64,000 nucleotides of DNA from contig JAUSGG010000015.1 of assembly GCA_030649165.1 (NCBI GenBank), forward strand, positions 29,238-93,237, given 5' to 3'. Numbering within the stretch: the stretch's first letter is position 1; every line of letters starts with the position of its first letter. Positions 16,483 to 24,740 of the stretch are shown piece after piece. Under the pieces are notes generated by a model. The model had not been told where the DNA came from, did no database searches, and saw only the letters and a program-made list of their open reading frames with translations. Source of the DNA: Armatimonadota bacterium (GTDB lineage Bacteria > Armatimonadota > UBA5829 > JAUSEB01). The position numbers were made by a program, and so were the translations under genes.

Positions 16483-17699
16483 GCATATTTGAGCCACAAA
16501 CATACAGTGTTGACTGGGAATCGGCTGTAGTCGATAAGCTGGACCGATGCGTGGACTCGGAGAGGCTCACGGGCTTCGCCGGGATGCTCCACAAGGAGTT
16601 CGACCTCCCGATTCAGACCGACTGGAACGCGATTGAGTTCGCCCTTGGCGTGAACTCTTCGTTCGCTCAGTTGTGGGACCGGGTCCAGCAAGTTACGGAC
16701 CGGGCGTCGCAGGTGTTCCGAGAATATGATCTCGACATCTTCCCCCTGGGCTCGCATCCGACGGAGCCAATGTTCTTTGGCGCTCACGTCCACGTCGGCA
16801 CCATCCACGACGAGTCCGCGGCGATTCATCTCGCGAATTGCGTAACCCGATACTTACCGGCGTTTGCGGCGCTGGCGGCGAATTCGCCTGCGTCGCACGA
16901 GAGGAAGGGAGAGTTCAAGAGCTATCGCGTGCGACACAGCGCCCGCTGGGCGTCAACACCAACGTTCCCACGCGATCCGGAGGTGACCCAGGAGACGTGG
17001 GGGACGGACGTATTGCCGAAACTCTACGGCGCGCCTACGATCGAGATCCGCGTTATGGACAGCGCGTCCTCCCGCCGTCTTCTAGCGGAGATGGCTACGT
17101 TCGTCGCGGCGTTCGTTCACCACGTCGGAACCAGAATGGAGAAGCGCAATGTGACGAAGGATGAATACCGCGAATATCTCAATAACCGGTGGACCGCGGC
17201 GCGTTACGGCCTGCAAGCCACGTTTGCCTGGGATGGCAAACCCAGGCCGGTTACCGAGATTCTTGACGAGATGCTCGACTCTTGCGCCGCCGAGCTTCAG
17301 GCTCTGGGCGTGGACCGTTCGGATTTCGGAATGATCGACGCAATGCTGCGGAAGCGGGTCTGCCAGGCGGATTACCTGCGGGATCTCGTCGAGCGCTATC
17401 CCGATCCGTTCCAACTGGCCTCCGTTTGCGGCAAACTGCTTCGGCAGTGGGACATCTTCGACGAGTATCTCGATACCGCGCCGGCGCTTGAGCCGTGTCC
17501 GGCTTTGGATAATGAAACCATCCTGGCCGAGCATCTGGATTGGGTCGGCGACGGCACGCACTTCTACCACCTTAGGTACCCGATGTGGTATTCGCCGTCG
17601 TTATCCGATGAGCTTATCGCGCAAATGGTCGAGCGAGGACTGATCAGCCGGGAGGTCACGCCAAACCGCGGGACGCTTCTGCACCGAACCGACCGCTGA
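16479..17699 (+). CDS. Carboxylate-amine ligase, glutamate-cysteine ligase family 2 (YbdK-like)
   Basis: GCS2-type features including FGAHVHVG. Confidence 0.7.
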   Translation: MSIFEPQTYSVDWESAVVDKLDRCVDSERLTGFAGMLHKEFDLPIQTDWNAIEFALGVNSSFAQLWDRVQQVTDRASQVFREYDLDIFPLGSHPTEPMFFGAHVHVGTIHDESAAIHLANCVTRYLPAFAALAANSPASHERKGEFKSYRVRHSARWASTPTFPRDPEVTQETWGTDVLPKLYGAPTIEIRVMDSASSRRLLAEMATFVAAFVHHVGTRMEKRNVTKDEYREYLNNRWTAARYGLQATFAWDGKPRPVTEILDEMLDSCAAELQALGVDRSDFGMIDAMLRKRVCQADYLRDLVERYPDPFQLASVCGKLLRQWDIFDEYLDTAPALEPCPALDNETILAEHLDWVGDGTHFYHLRYPMWYSPSLSDELIAQMVERGLISREVTPNRGTLLHRTDR

Positions 17700-17711
17700 G
17701 AGGATGAAAAC

Positions 17712-18596
17712 GTGGCGAGTTCCACCATCATAGACACGTATCCGGCCTTTGCGCAGTTTTGGGGCCAGGCGAAGAATGAACCCGTAGATCGACAAATCGA
17801 TCTGTGGCTCCAGGATTATATGTCGCACTGGCCCGAGTTGGTGGAAAAGCAGATCAACTGCCATGCCGGTAGAGGTTACGACTGGCGGCAAGTGGCTCGG
17901 GAGCGCATTTTCCCATTTCTCGACCAACGGGAAGCAGGGATGGCTGATGCCCGGGAGAATCTTCTCCGCTGCGTCGCGCCGGTGGGACGCACAGCGCAGG
18001 AGGTCTTCGGCTCAGACCTCGACCTTGTGTTCGTCCTGTACGTCGGTATCGGCTGCGGGGCGGGCTGGGCGGCTTCGTATTCGGGCAAGCCCGCGGTCCT
18101 CTTCGGCCTGGAGAAGATAGCGAAGTTGAACTGGACCGCATTGGAGACCGTCGAGGCGCTTACCGCGCACGAACTGGGTCATATCCTCCACCTCCATTTG
18201 CGCGGAGAAGCCGGGGAACCTGAAGCCGCGGGAGATTTCGCCGCGCTCTACGGGGAAGGCGTCGCAAAGAGAAGCGAAGAGCTCATCCTCGGCGAAAGCC
18301 GTCACTATGAGACACTGTATCACAAGGACGATTGGCTCAAATGGTGCACGGACAACCGCGCCTGGCTGGCCGCTGAGTTTCTGAGGAAAGTAGATCAGGG
18401 CGAGCCGACAAACGTGTTCTTCGGCGACTGGTTCAAGGTGCGTGACCACAGCCAGTGCGGTTACTTCCTGGGACTTGAGGTAGTGCGGGCTTGGGAGGAA
18501 AACCTGAGTTTCCAAGCGATCGTTGTCATGCCACCAGACAAGGTGAATACGCGTGTTCGCGATACGCTGCAGGAAATGGCGGCGGAAGCATTGTAG
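17712..18596 (+). CDS. HExxH-motif protein (putative Zn-dependent peptidase/hydrolase, DUF2268-like)
   Basis: AHELGHILH motif. Otherwise unrecognised. Confidence 0.5.
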   Translation: MASSTIIDTYPAFAQFWGQAKNEPVDRQIDLWLQDYMSHWPELVEKQINCHAGRGYDWRQVARERIFPFLDQREAGMADARENLLRCVAPVGRTAQEVFGSDLDLVFVLYVGIGCGAGWAASYSGKPAVLFGLEKIAKLNWTALETVEALTAHELGHILHLHLRGEAGEPEAAGDFAALYGEGVAKRSEELILGESRHYETLYHKDDWLKWCTDNRAWLAAEFLRKVDQGEPTNVFFGDWFKVRDHSQCGYFLGLEVVRAWEENLSFQAIVVMPPDKVNTRVRDTLQEMAAEAL

Positions 18597-18634
18597 GAAG
18601 CATATAGGGTGAACGCAGGAGTTACGACAGGCAA

Positions 18635-19381
18635 ATGACACCTAAGCCGATTATCGCGGTCGCCACGGGATCGCACAGCATGTATACACCTCGGTCGGAA
18701 ACGCAGACCGTCTGGTCCGGCATCCCGCTCGACTATCTGAAGGCTCTGATCAGATCGGGAGGCGCGCCCATTCTCCTGCCGTACATTGCGGACAAGCAGG
18801 CGATACAGGCGGTATTAGAGTCCTCCGACGGTGTCCTTCTTCCCGGCGGCGGGGACGTGGTTTCGCTGGCGTACGGCGAAGAGCCACACCCCGCGAGCCA
18901 TTATCAAAACGCCATGAGAGATCAGATGGAGTTCGAGGTAATCCGCCTCGCCATCGAGATGGGACTCCCGATTCTCGGCATTTGCCGCGGACCGCAGGTT
19001 CTCAACGTCGCCCTCGGCGGAACGCTCGTACAGGACATTCCCTCCCAGGTTGAAGGCGCTTTGAAGCATTACTCCGAAGGACCGGCGCTGTTCCCCCTCC
19101 ATACGGTGGACATCGAGCCCGATTCCCTCCTCGCGCGCGTTCTCAATACCGATTCCCTCCCAGTCAATAGTTGGCACCACCAGGCGGTAAAAGACCTGGG
19201 TCGCGGCCTGCGCATCAATTGCCGAGCCAAAGACGGCGTTATCGAAGGCGTGGAATCCAGCGAAGGATTGCCGATACTCGCGGTGCAGTGTCACCCGGAG
19301 CAGATCGCGGAGACATATCCGCCTTTCCAGGCGTTGTTCGATTGGCTGGTAGCCGAAGCGGCGAAGCGCGTCGGGAAATGA
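18635..19381 (+). CDS. Gamma-glutamyl hydrolase, peptidase C26 / class-I glutamine amidotransferase-like (PuuD family)
   Basis: Catalytic Cys in GICRGPQ and His in QCHPE. The overall pattern matches gamma-glutamyl-GABA hydrolase-like proteins. Confidence 0.75.
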   Translation: MTPKPIIAVATGSHSMYTPRSETQTVWSGIPLDYLKALIRSGGAPILLPYIADKQAIQAVLESSDGVLLPGGGDVVSLAYGEEPHPASHYQNAMRDQMEFEVIRLAIEMGLPILGICRGPQVLNVALGGTLVQDIPSQVEGALKHYSEGPALFPLHTVDIEPDSLLARVLNTDSLPVNSWHHQAVKDLGRGLRINCRAKDGVIEGVESSEGLPILAVQCHPEQIAETYPPFQALFDWLVAEAAKRVGK

Positions 19382-19419
19382 TAACTGCGCCCCAAGTCCG
19401 GTTATGCGCTTCGGCAGCG

Positions 19420-19460
19420 CCACTGCCGCTCTGCTACCGAAGGATCGTGGGCTTTCTCAA
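19420..19460. repeat. 40-bp structured repeat, copy 1 (CTTCGGCAGCGCCACTGCCGCTCTGCTACCGAAGGATCG); second copy at 38391
   Basis: Near-identical sequence at two intergenic sites. It contains nested inverted repeats (CCTTCGG...CCGAAGG and CGGCAG...CTGCCG). Confidence 0.6.
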
Positions 19461-19649
19461 TCCACTTCTTTCCTCCAGATCGGCTCTGTCCATCACACTT
19501 CAACCCTCACCCCTACCCTCTCCCTTCCAGGGAGAGGGGGTTTCCGCCTTCGACTCCTCCGACTCCCTCGACTCTTCCGCCCCCCACACAGGAAATTCCC
19601 CATCCAGGGTATAAGACAACACTAGCCAACCGGCCACTCGGAGGACTGG

Positions 19650-21410
19650 ATGCTTCAGGCCCGACAATTAGTACACGCCCCGGCGGCCCTGCGACTCGCG
19701 CTGGCCCAGGTTAACTCGACCGTGGGCGATCTGGAAGGCAACGCCTCCAAGATCATCGAAACCATAGCGCGAGCGAAAGAGCAGAAGGCTGATCTCGTCG
19801 TCTTCCCCGAACTGGCTCTGACCGGCTACCCGCCCGAGGACCTGCTGCTCAAGCCGCACTTCACGGCCGACAATCTGACTCAGCTCCAGGCCATACTCTC
19901 TCACACCCGCGGAATAACGGTCGTGGTTGGATTCGTAGACGGCAACGCGGACATCTTCAACGCGGCGGCGGTCATCCACGATGGTGAGATTGTCGGCGTC
20001 CATCATAAGGTCTACCTCCCTACTTATGGCGTGTTCGACGAGGACCGTTATTTTCAGAGCGGCGACTCGCTCCAGGTTTTCAAGCTGAAAGAGGTTACTT
20101 TCGGCGTCAGCATTTGCGAGGACATCTGGCACCCGGACGGACCGCACAGGGCGCAGGCTCTTACAGGCGACGCCGAGCTGATAGTCAATATCAACGCATC
20201 GCCGTTTCACGCCGAAAAGTGGATGGGGAGAGAGCGAATGCTCGCCCTTCGAGCTTCGGACGACGAGGCCGTTATCGCTTACGTGAATATGGTCGGGGGA
20301 CAGGACGAACTGGTCTTCGACGGCCATTCGCTTGTGGTCGGCGCCAATGGGGAAATCTTGGCGCGGGGCAAATCGTTCGAGGAGGAGCTCATCTTCGTCG
20401 ATGTTGACATAGGCTCCGCGCTGCACAGCCGGCTCATCGATCCGAGGCGGAGGAAAGAGAAACTCGCGCTCCAGGCCCAGTGTCCTCCTGTCGAGACGAT
20501 AAAGCTGGATGCAGGCGCGGACGCGGCAAAGCCCAAGCTGCCCGTCAGGTACGTGAATCCGCCGGACAGACTCGAGGAGATTTACAGGGCGCTGGTCCTC
20601 GGTCTACGGGACTATGTCCACAAGAACGGCTTCACATGCGCTGTGCTGGGACTCAGCGGCGGAATAGACTCGGCCCTGACCGCGGCTATCGCTGTGGACG
20701 CGCTTGGGGCGGACGCGGTCACCGCCGTAAGTATGCCGTCTGAGATAACCTCATCGGAGAGCAAAGAAGATGCGGAATCGCTGGCGCGGAATCTCAACAT
20801 CGGGTTCCTGACGATCCCGATCCGCGAGATATTCGACGCCTACAAGTCAGCATTGAGCGGGTCCTTCGCTCACACAAAGGAGGACATAACCGAGGAGAAC
20901 CTGCAGGCGCGGGCGCGCGGCAACATCCTCATGGCCCTTTCCAACAAATTCGGATGGCTTGTGCTGACGACGGGTAACAAGAGCGAGATGGCCTGCGGCT
21001 ACGCCACGCTCTATGGGGACATGGCGGGCGGATTTGCAGTCATAAAGGATGTGCCGAAGACCCTGGTGTATGAGCTTGCTGAGTACAGGAATCTGGAGAG
21101 CGAGATCATCCCGCGCAGAATAATCGAGCGCGAGCCGACGGCGGAGCTTCGCCCGGGACAACGGGACATAGACACACTGCCGCCGTATTCCGTGCTCGAT
21201 CCCATCCTCCGGCTCTATGTCGAGGAAGATCGCAGCGTCGAGGAGATTGTCCGCACGGGATTTGACGCCGAAATAGTCAGAAAAGTCGCGCGGATGGTGG
21301 ACCGCAACGAATACAAAAGACGCCAGGCGCCGCCGGGGGTGAAGATAACACCCAAAGCGTTTGGCCGAGACCGCCGCCTGCCGATTACAAACAAGTACAG
21401 GGCGGAGTAG
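19650..21410 (+). CDS. nadE: Glutamine-dependent NAD+ synthetase (N-terminal nitrilase domain plus C-terminal NAD synthetase)
   Basis: CN-hydrolase motifs (VVFPELALTGY, ICEDIWHP) and PP-loop GLSGGIDSAL. RBS GGAGGA upstream. Confidence 0.9.
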   Translation: MLQARQLVHAPAALRLALAQVNSTVGDLEGNASKIIETIARAKEQKADLVVFPELALTGYPPEDLLLKPHFTADNLTQLQAILSHTRGITVVVGFVDGNADIFNAAAVIHDGEIVGVHHKVYLPTYGVFDEDRYFQSGDSLQVFKLKEVTFGVSICEDIWHPDGPHRAQALTGDAELIVNINASPFHAEKWMGRERMLALRASDDEAVIAYVNMVGGQDELVFDGHSLVVGANGEILARGKSFEEELIFVDVDIGSALHSRLIDPRRRKEKLALQAQCPPVETIKLDAGADAAKPKLPVRYVNPPDRLEEIYRALVLGLRDYVHKNGFTCAVLGLSGGIDSALTAAIAVDALGADAVTAVSMPSEITSSESKEDAESLARNLNIGFLTIPIREIFDAYKSALSGSFAHTKEDITEENLQARARGNILMALSNKFGWLVLTTGNKSEMACGYATLYGDMAGGFAVIKDVPKTLVYELAEYRNLESEIIPRRIIEREPTAELRPGQRDIDTLPPYSVLDPILRLYVEEDRSVEEIVRTGFDAEIVRKVARMVDRNEYKRRQAPPGVKITPKAFGRDRRLPITNKYRAE

Positions 21411-21419
21411 ACTTTCCAG

Positions 21420-21620
21420 TTTAACGTTGAATGTTGAATGACTTGGCATCGGCAGGTCCGCTTTCAACTTGATCGCGCGCGATATGCCATCGCGTGCGAA
21501 ACAGAATATTGTCCCGATCCATCGGGACTGAGTTCTGTTTCGGGCATCATTGCAAATAACGCCCGATCGGGACTGCGCATCGGCAAGCGCACTTTCACCA
21601 TTGAACATTAAACATTCAAC
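21420..21620. repeat. MITE-like element: about 20-bp terminal inverted repeats (GTTGAATGTTGAATG / CATTGAACATTAAACATTCAAC) flanking about 160 bp with internal palindromes, upstream of prs
   Basis: Read directly from sequence. Confidence 0.45.
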
Positions 21621-21639
21621 CGAACCAAGGAGATACGAC

Positions 21640-22611
21640 ATGAGTTCACTTGACGACATGAGGATTTTCACCGGCTCACCCTACCCACGGCTCGCTGTCG
21701 AAATATGCCGTTACCTGGGTATATCTCCGGGCAAGGCCCTGGTGTCTCGTTTTGAAGACGGTGAGATCAGAGTCAAGGTGGACGAAAGCGTGCGCGGCGC
21801 GGATGTGTTCATCATCCAGTCGGGCTGCTGCACCGTAAACGACTCCATCATGGAGCTCCTGATCATGCTGGATGCGTTCAGGCGAGCGTCGGCCAGGCGC
21901 ATAAACGTCGTCATGCCGTACTACCCGTATTCGCGGCAGGACAAGAAGATCCAGCCGAGGGAACCGGTGACCGCCAAGCTTCTGGCAAATCTCATCACCT
22001 GGAGCGGCGCGACGCGAATACTTACGATCGACCTTCACGCGGGACAGATCCAGGGGTTCTTCGATGTGCCCGTTGACCACCTGTACGCCGGTCCGATTAT
22101 GGAGGATTACTTCCGCAACAATGTCGCCCTGAACGACGATGCGGTAGTCGTCTCACCCGATGTAGGCGGCGTGCCCAGAGCTCGCGCGCTTGCGGAGGCC
22201 CTTGGAACCCCGATAGCCATTATAGCCAAACGGCGGCCGGAGCCTAATCGTTCCGAGGTCATGGAAGTGATCGGCGACGTAAGGGACAAGGTCGCCATAA
22301 TGATCGACGATATGATAGACACCGGCGGGTCCGTCGCGAACGGCGCGGCGATTCTGGCGGAACGCGGGGCCAAGATAATATATGCGTGCTGTACGCATCC
22401 CGTGTTCTCGGATGACGCGCCCAGGCGGCTGCAAGAGGCGCCCATCGAGAAAGTGATCGTCACCGACACGCTTCCCATTCCGCCCAGCAAGAGAATAGAC
22501 AAACTTGTCGTCCTCTCAGTCGCCCCTATGCTCGCCGAGGGTATCCGGCGCATACACATGGAGCTTTCCGTCAGCGAGCTGTTCAGCGATTCCTGGGTCG
22601 GGCTGTCGTGA
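21640..22611 (+). CDS. prs: Ribose-phosphate pyrophosphokinase
   Basis: Start MSSLDDMRIFTGS with RBS AAGGAG. PRPP synthetase motifs present. Confidence 0.9.
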   Translation: MSSLDDMRIFTGSPYPRLAVEICRYLGISPGKALVSRFEDGEIRVKVDESVRGADVFIIQSGCCTVNDSIMELLIMLDAFRRASARRINVVMPYYPYSRQDKKIQPREPVTAKLLANLITWSGATRILTIDLHAGQIQGFFDVPVDHLYAGPIMEDYFRNNVALNDDAVVVSPDVGGVPRARALAEALGTPIAIIAKRRPEPNRSEVMEVIGDVRDKVAIMIDDMIDTGGSVANGAAILAERGAKIIYACCTHPVFSDDAPRRLQEAPIEKVIVTDTLPIPPSKRIDKLVVLSVAPMLAEGIRRIHMELSVSELFSDSWVGLS

Positions 22612-23189
22612 AGCTGATCGTCGGCATCGGAAACCCGGGCAGGCGGTATGCCCGCACCCGCCATAACGTCGGTTTCGACGTGATCGACCTGCTCGCCAAA
22701 GCACACCACATTCGCGTCCTGCGCCGCTGCTGCCGGGCGTTAATTGGACAAGGCGTAGTCGCCGGCCAAGAAGTGGTCATGGTCAAGCCCCAGACGTACG
22801 TAAATCTCAGCGGCGGGGCTGTTGCAGAACTCGCAAGGAGGTACGGGGCTGGGACAGAGGACGTGCTGGTCATCGTGGACGACGCCGATCTGCCCGTCGG
22901 ACGGATACGAATCCGTACGGGAGGCTCCTCCGGCGGCCACAAGGGACTGAAATCGATCATCGACCATCTCCGTACGCAGGAATTTCCGCGCATCCGAATC
23001 GGGATCGGAACCATGCGCGGCGACGCGGTCGACTACGTTTTGAGCAAGTTTTCCCGCGCTGACCAGCCTCTGATCCGGTCGGCGATGCGGACCGCGGCTG
23101 AAGCCGTCGAAATGCTCCTGGCCGAGGGCATCGAGCCGGCCATGAACAAGTACAACCGCGCGCCCGACGCGGACACGATAAAGTCATGA
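22608..23189 (+). CDS. pth: Peptidyl-tRNA hydrolase
   Basis: MKLIVGIGNPG...YARTRHNVGF. Confidence 0.9.
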   Translation: MKLIVGIGNPGRRYARTRHNVGFDVIDLLAKAHHIRVLRRCCRALIGQGVVAGQEVVMVKPQTYVNLSGGAVAELARRYGAGTEDVLVIVDDADLPVGRIRIRTGGSSGGHKGLKSIIDHLRTQEFPRIRIGIGTMRGDAVDYVLSKFSRADQPLIRSAMRTAAEAVEMLLAEGIEPAMNKYNRAPDADTIKS

Positions 23190-24568
23190 CCTCAAGAGAC
23201 CCAAATCACGCCCAAGACGAACTCGTAACCGCTATTACCGAAGGCAGCGTGTGGCATGTGGTCTGGAGGCTTTCCTGGCCGACAATGATCAGTCTCTTCC
23301 TTTCCACCGCGCAGTTGTGGATCAACACCATCTTTGTCGGCAAGCTCGGTAAGGAAGCGATTGCCGCCGTTGGATTGGGCGGCAACGCGCTCATGGTCAT
23401 ATTCTCTCTGACAATCGGCATAACCGCGGGCGGAACCGCGTTGGTGGCGAGGTTCACCGGGGCAAGATCGTACGATGAAGCCGCGGATGCCGCGAAACAA
23501 GCCATTATCCTCTCATTATTGTCATCGATCGTGGTCACAATGGTCTGCATGCCGCTTGCAAAACCCGTCATTGAATGGATGGGCGCCAGAGGTATCGTGG
23601 CCGATCTCGGCGCCGTGTATACGGTCCTCGGCGTTATTTCGACCACACCCTATTTCCTGTGGCTCGTGCTGAGCGCGGTCTTCCGCGGAATTGGCGATAT
23701 GCGCACGCCTTTGTATATCGCCGGCGTCGTAATAGCGCTCAACATTGTAGGGGACTGGGTACTGATTTTTGGCAAAGGCCCGTTTCCAAAGCTAGGCGTA
23801 CCGGGCGCGGCGTGGGCATTGATGATCTCACGAGCGGCAGGCACAGCCCTAAGCTTCTGGTGGCTGCTCCGATCGACTATGCGAAGATCGCTCGCCCCGC
23901 CGTGGACGCCGCGTCTTGACTGGTTCCTGCGTATTGCCAGAATCGGCGTCCCGGCGGTTATCCAAAGCTTGCTGTTCAGCCTCGCGTTCGTAGGGTTCTT
24001 CTGGGCTCTTGGCAAACTGCCAAACGTCGTGGACGCGCAGGCGGCCCTCGTCATCGGCCTCCGGGCTGAAGCCATCGCGTTCATGCCGGGATTTGCTTTT
24101 ATGACCGCGGCAACCTCTCTCGTAGGACAGAATCTCGGCGCGCAGCGGCTCGACAGGGCAGAGCGGGGCGCTTGGATCTGCGCCTGGCAAAGCCTTGCGG
24201 TGATGTCGGTGTTTACAGTTGTATACTTTGTCTTGGCGGAACCCTTCTCCCGCTTATTCACGAACGATCCGCAGGTGATAGCGCTGTCGGTTTCCTACCT
24301 AAGGATAAACGCGATCTCCGAGCCCTTCCTGGGATTCGCCATGGTCTTCACCGGGGCAATGCAGGGGGCGGGAGATACCAGAGACCCCACCATTGTCGCA
24401 TTCCTGACACTGTGGATTATCCGCCTGCCCCTGACCTACATCGCCGCAATAGTCTTCCACGGCGGCGCGACAGCGGCCTGGATTATCATGTCCGGCACAA
24501 CGATCCTTCGCGGCATCATAATGATCGGCCTCTTCAAACTCGGCAAGTGGAAGACCGTCCAGGTCTGA
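23186..24568 (+). CDS. MATE family efflux transporter
   Basis: 12-TM protein with MATE-like N-terminal motifs. Confidence 0.8.
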   Translation: MTSRDPNHAQDELVTAITEGSVWHVVWRLSWPTMISLFLSTAQLWINTIFVGKLGKEAIAAVGLGGNALMVIFSLTIGITAGGTALVARFTGARSYDEAADAAKQAIILSLLSSIVVTMVCMPLAKPVIEWMGARGIVADLGAVYTVLGVISTTPYFLWLVLSAVFRGIGDMRTPLYIAGVVIALNIVGDWVLIFGKGPFPKLGVPGAAWALMISRAAGTALSFWWLLRSTMRRSLAPPWTPRLDWFLRIARIGVPAVIQSLLFSLAFVGFFWALGKLPNVVDAQAALVIGLRAEAIAFMPGFAFMTAATSLVGQNLGAQRLDRAERGAWICAWQSLAVMSVFTVVYFVLAEPFSRLFTNDPQVIALSVSYLRINAISEPFLGFAMVFTGAMQGAGDTRDPTIVAFLTLWIIRLPLTYIAAIVFHGGATAAWIIMSGTTILRGIIMIGLFKLGKWKTVQV

Positions 24569-24660
24569 CCATCACAACCCTCACAAACCTACAAACCTAC
24601 AACCCTCACAAACCTACGAACCTACGAACCTACAAACCTATGACCCTATGAACCTATGGC
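24569..24660. repeat. Tandem octamer array (AAACCTAC/GAACCTAC/GACCCTAT, about 10 units)
   Basis: Read directly from sequence. Confidence 0.75.
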
Positions 24661-24661
24661 A

Positions 24662-24690
24662 TTGACACCACGCCGCTTCCGCAACATAAT
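24662..24690 (+). promoter_or_regulatory. Sigma70-type promoter TTGACA - 17 nt - CATAAT for cstA
   Basis: -35 at 24662-24667 and -10 at 24685-24690, about 50 nt upstream of the ATG. Confidence 0.55.
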
Positions 24691-24740
24691 AAATGTACCA
24701 GTCCGACAACGGAGTCGGCGAACGAGACGAGGATGGTAGC

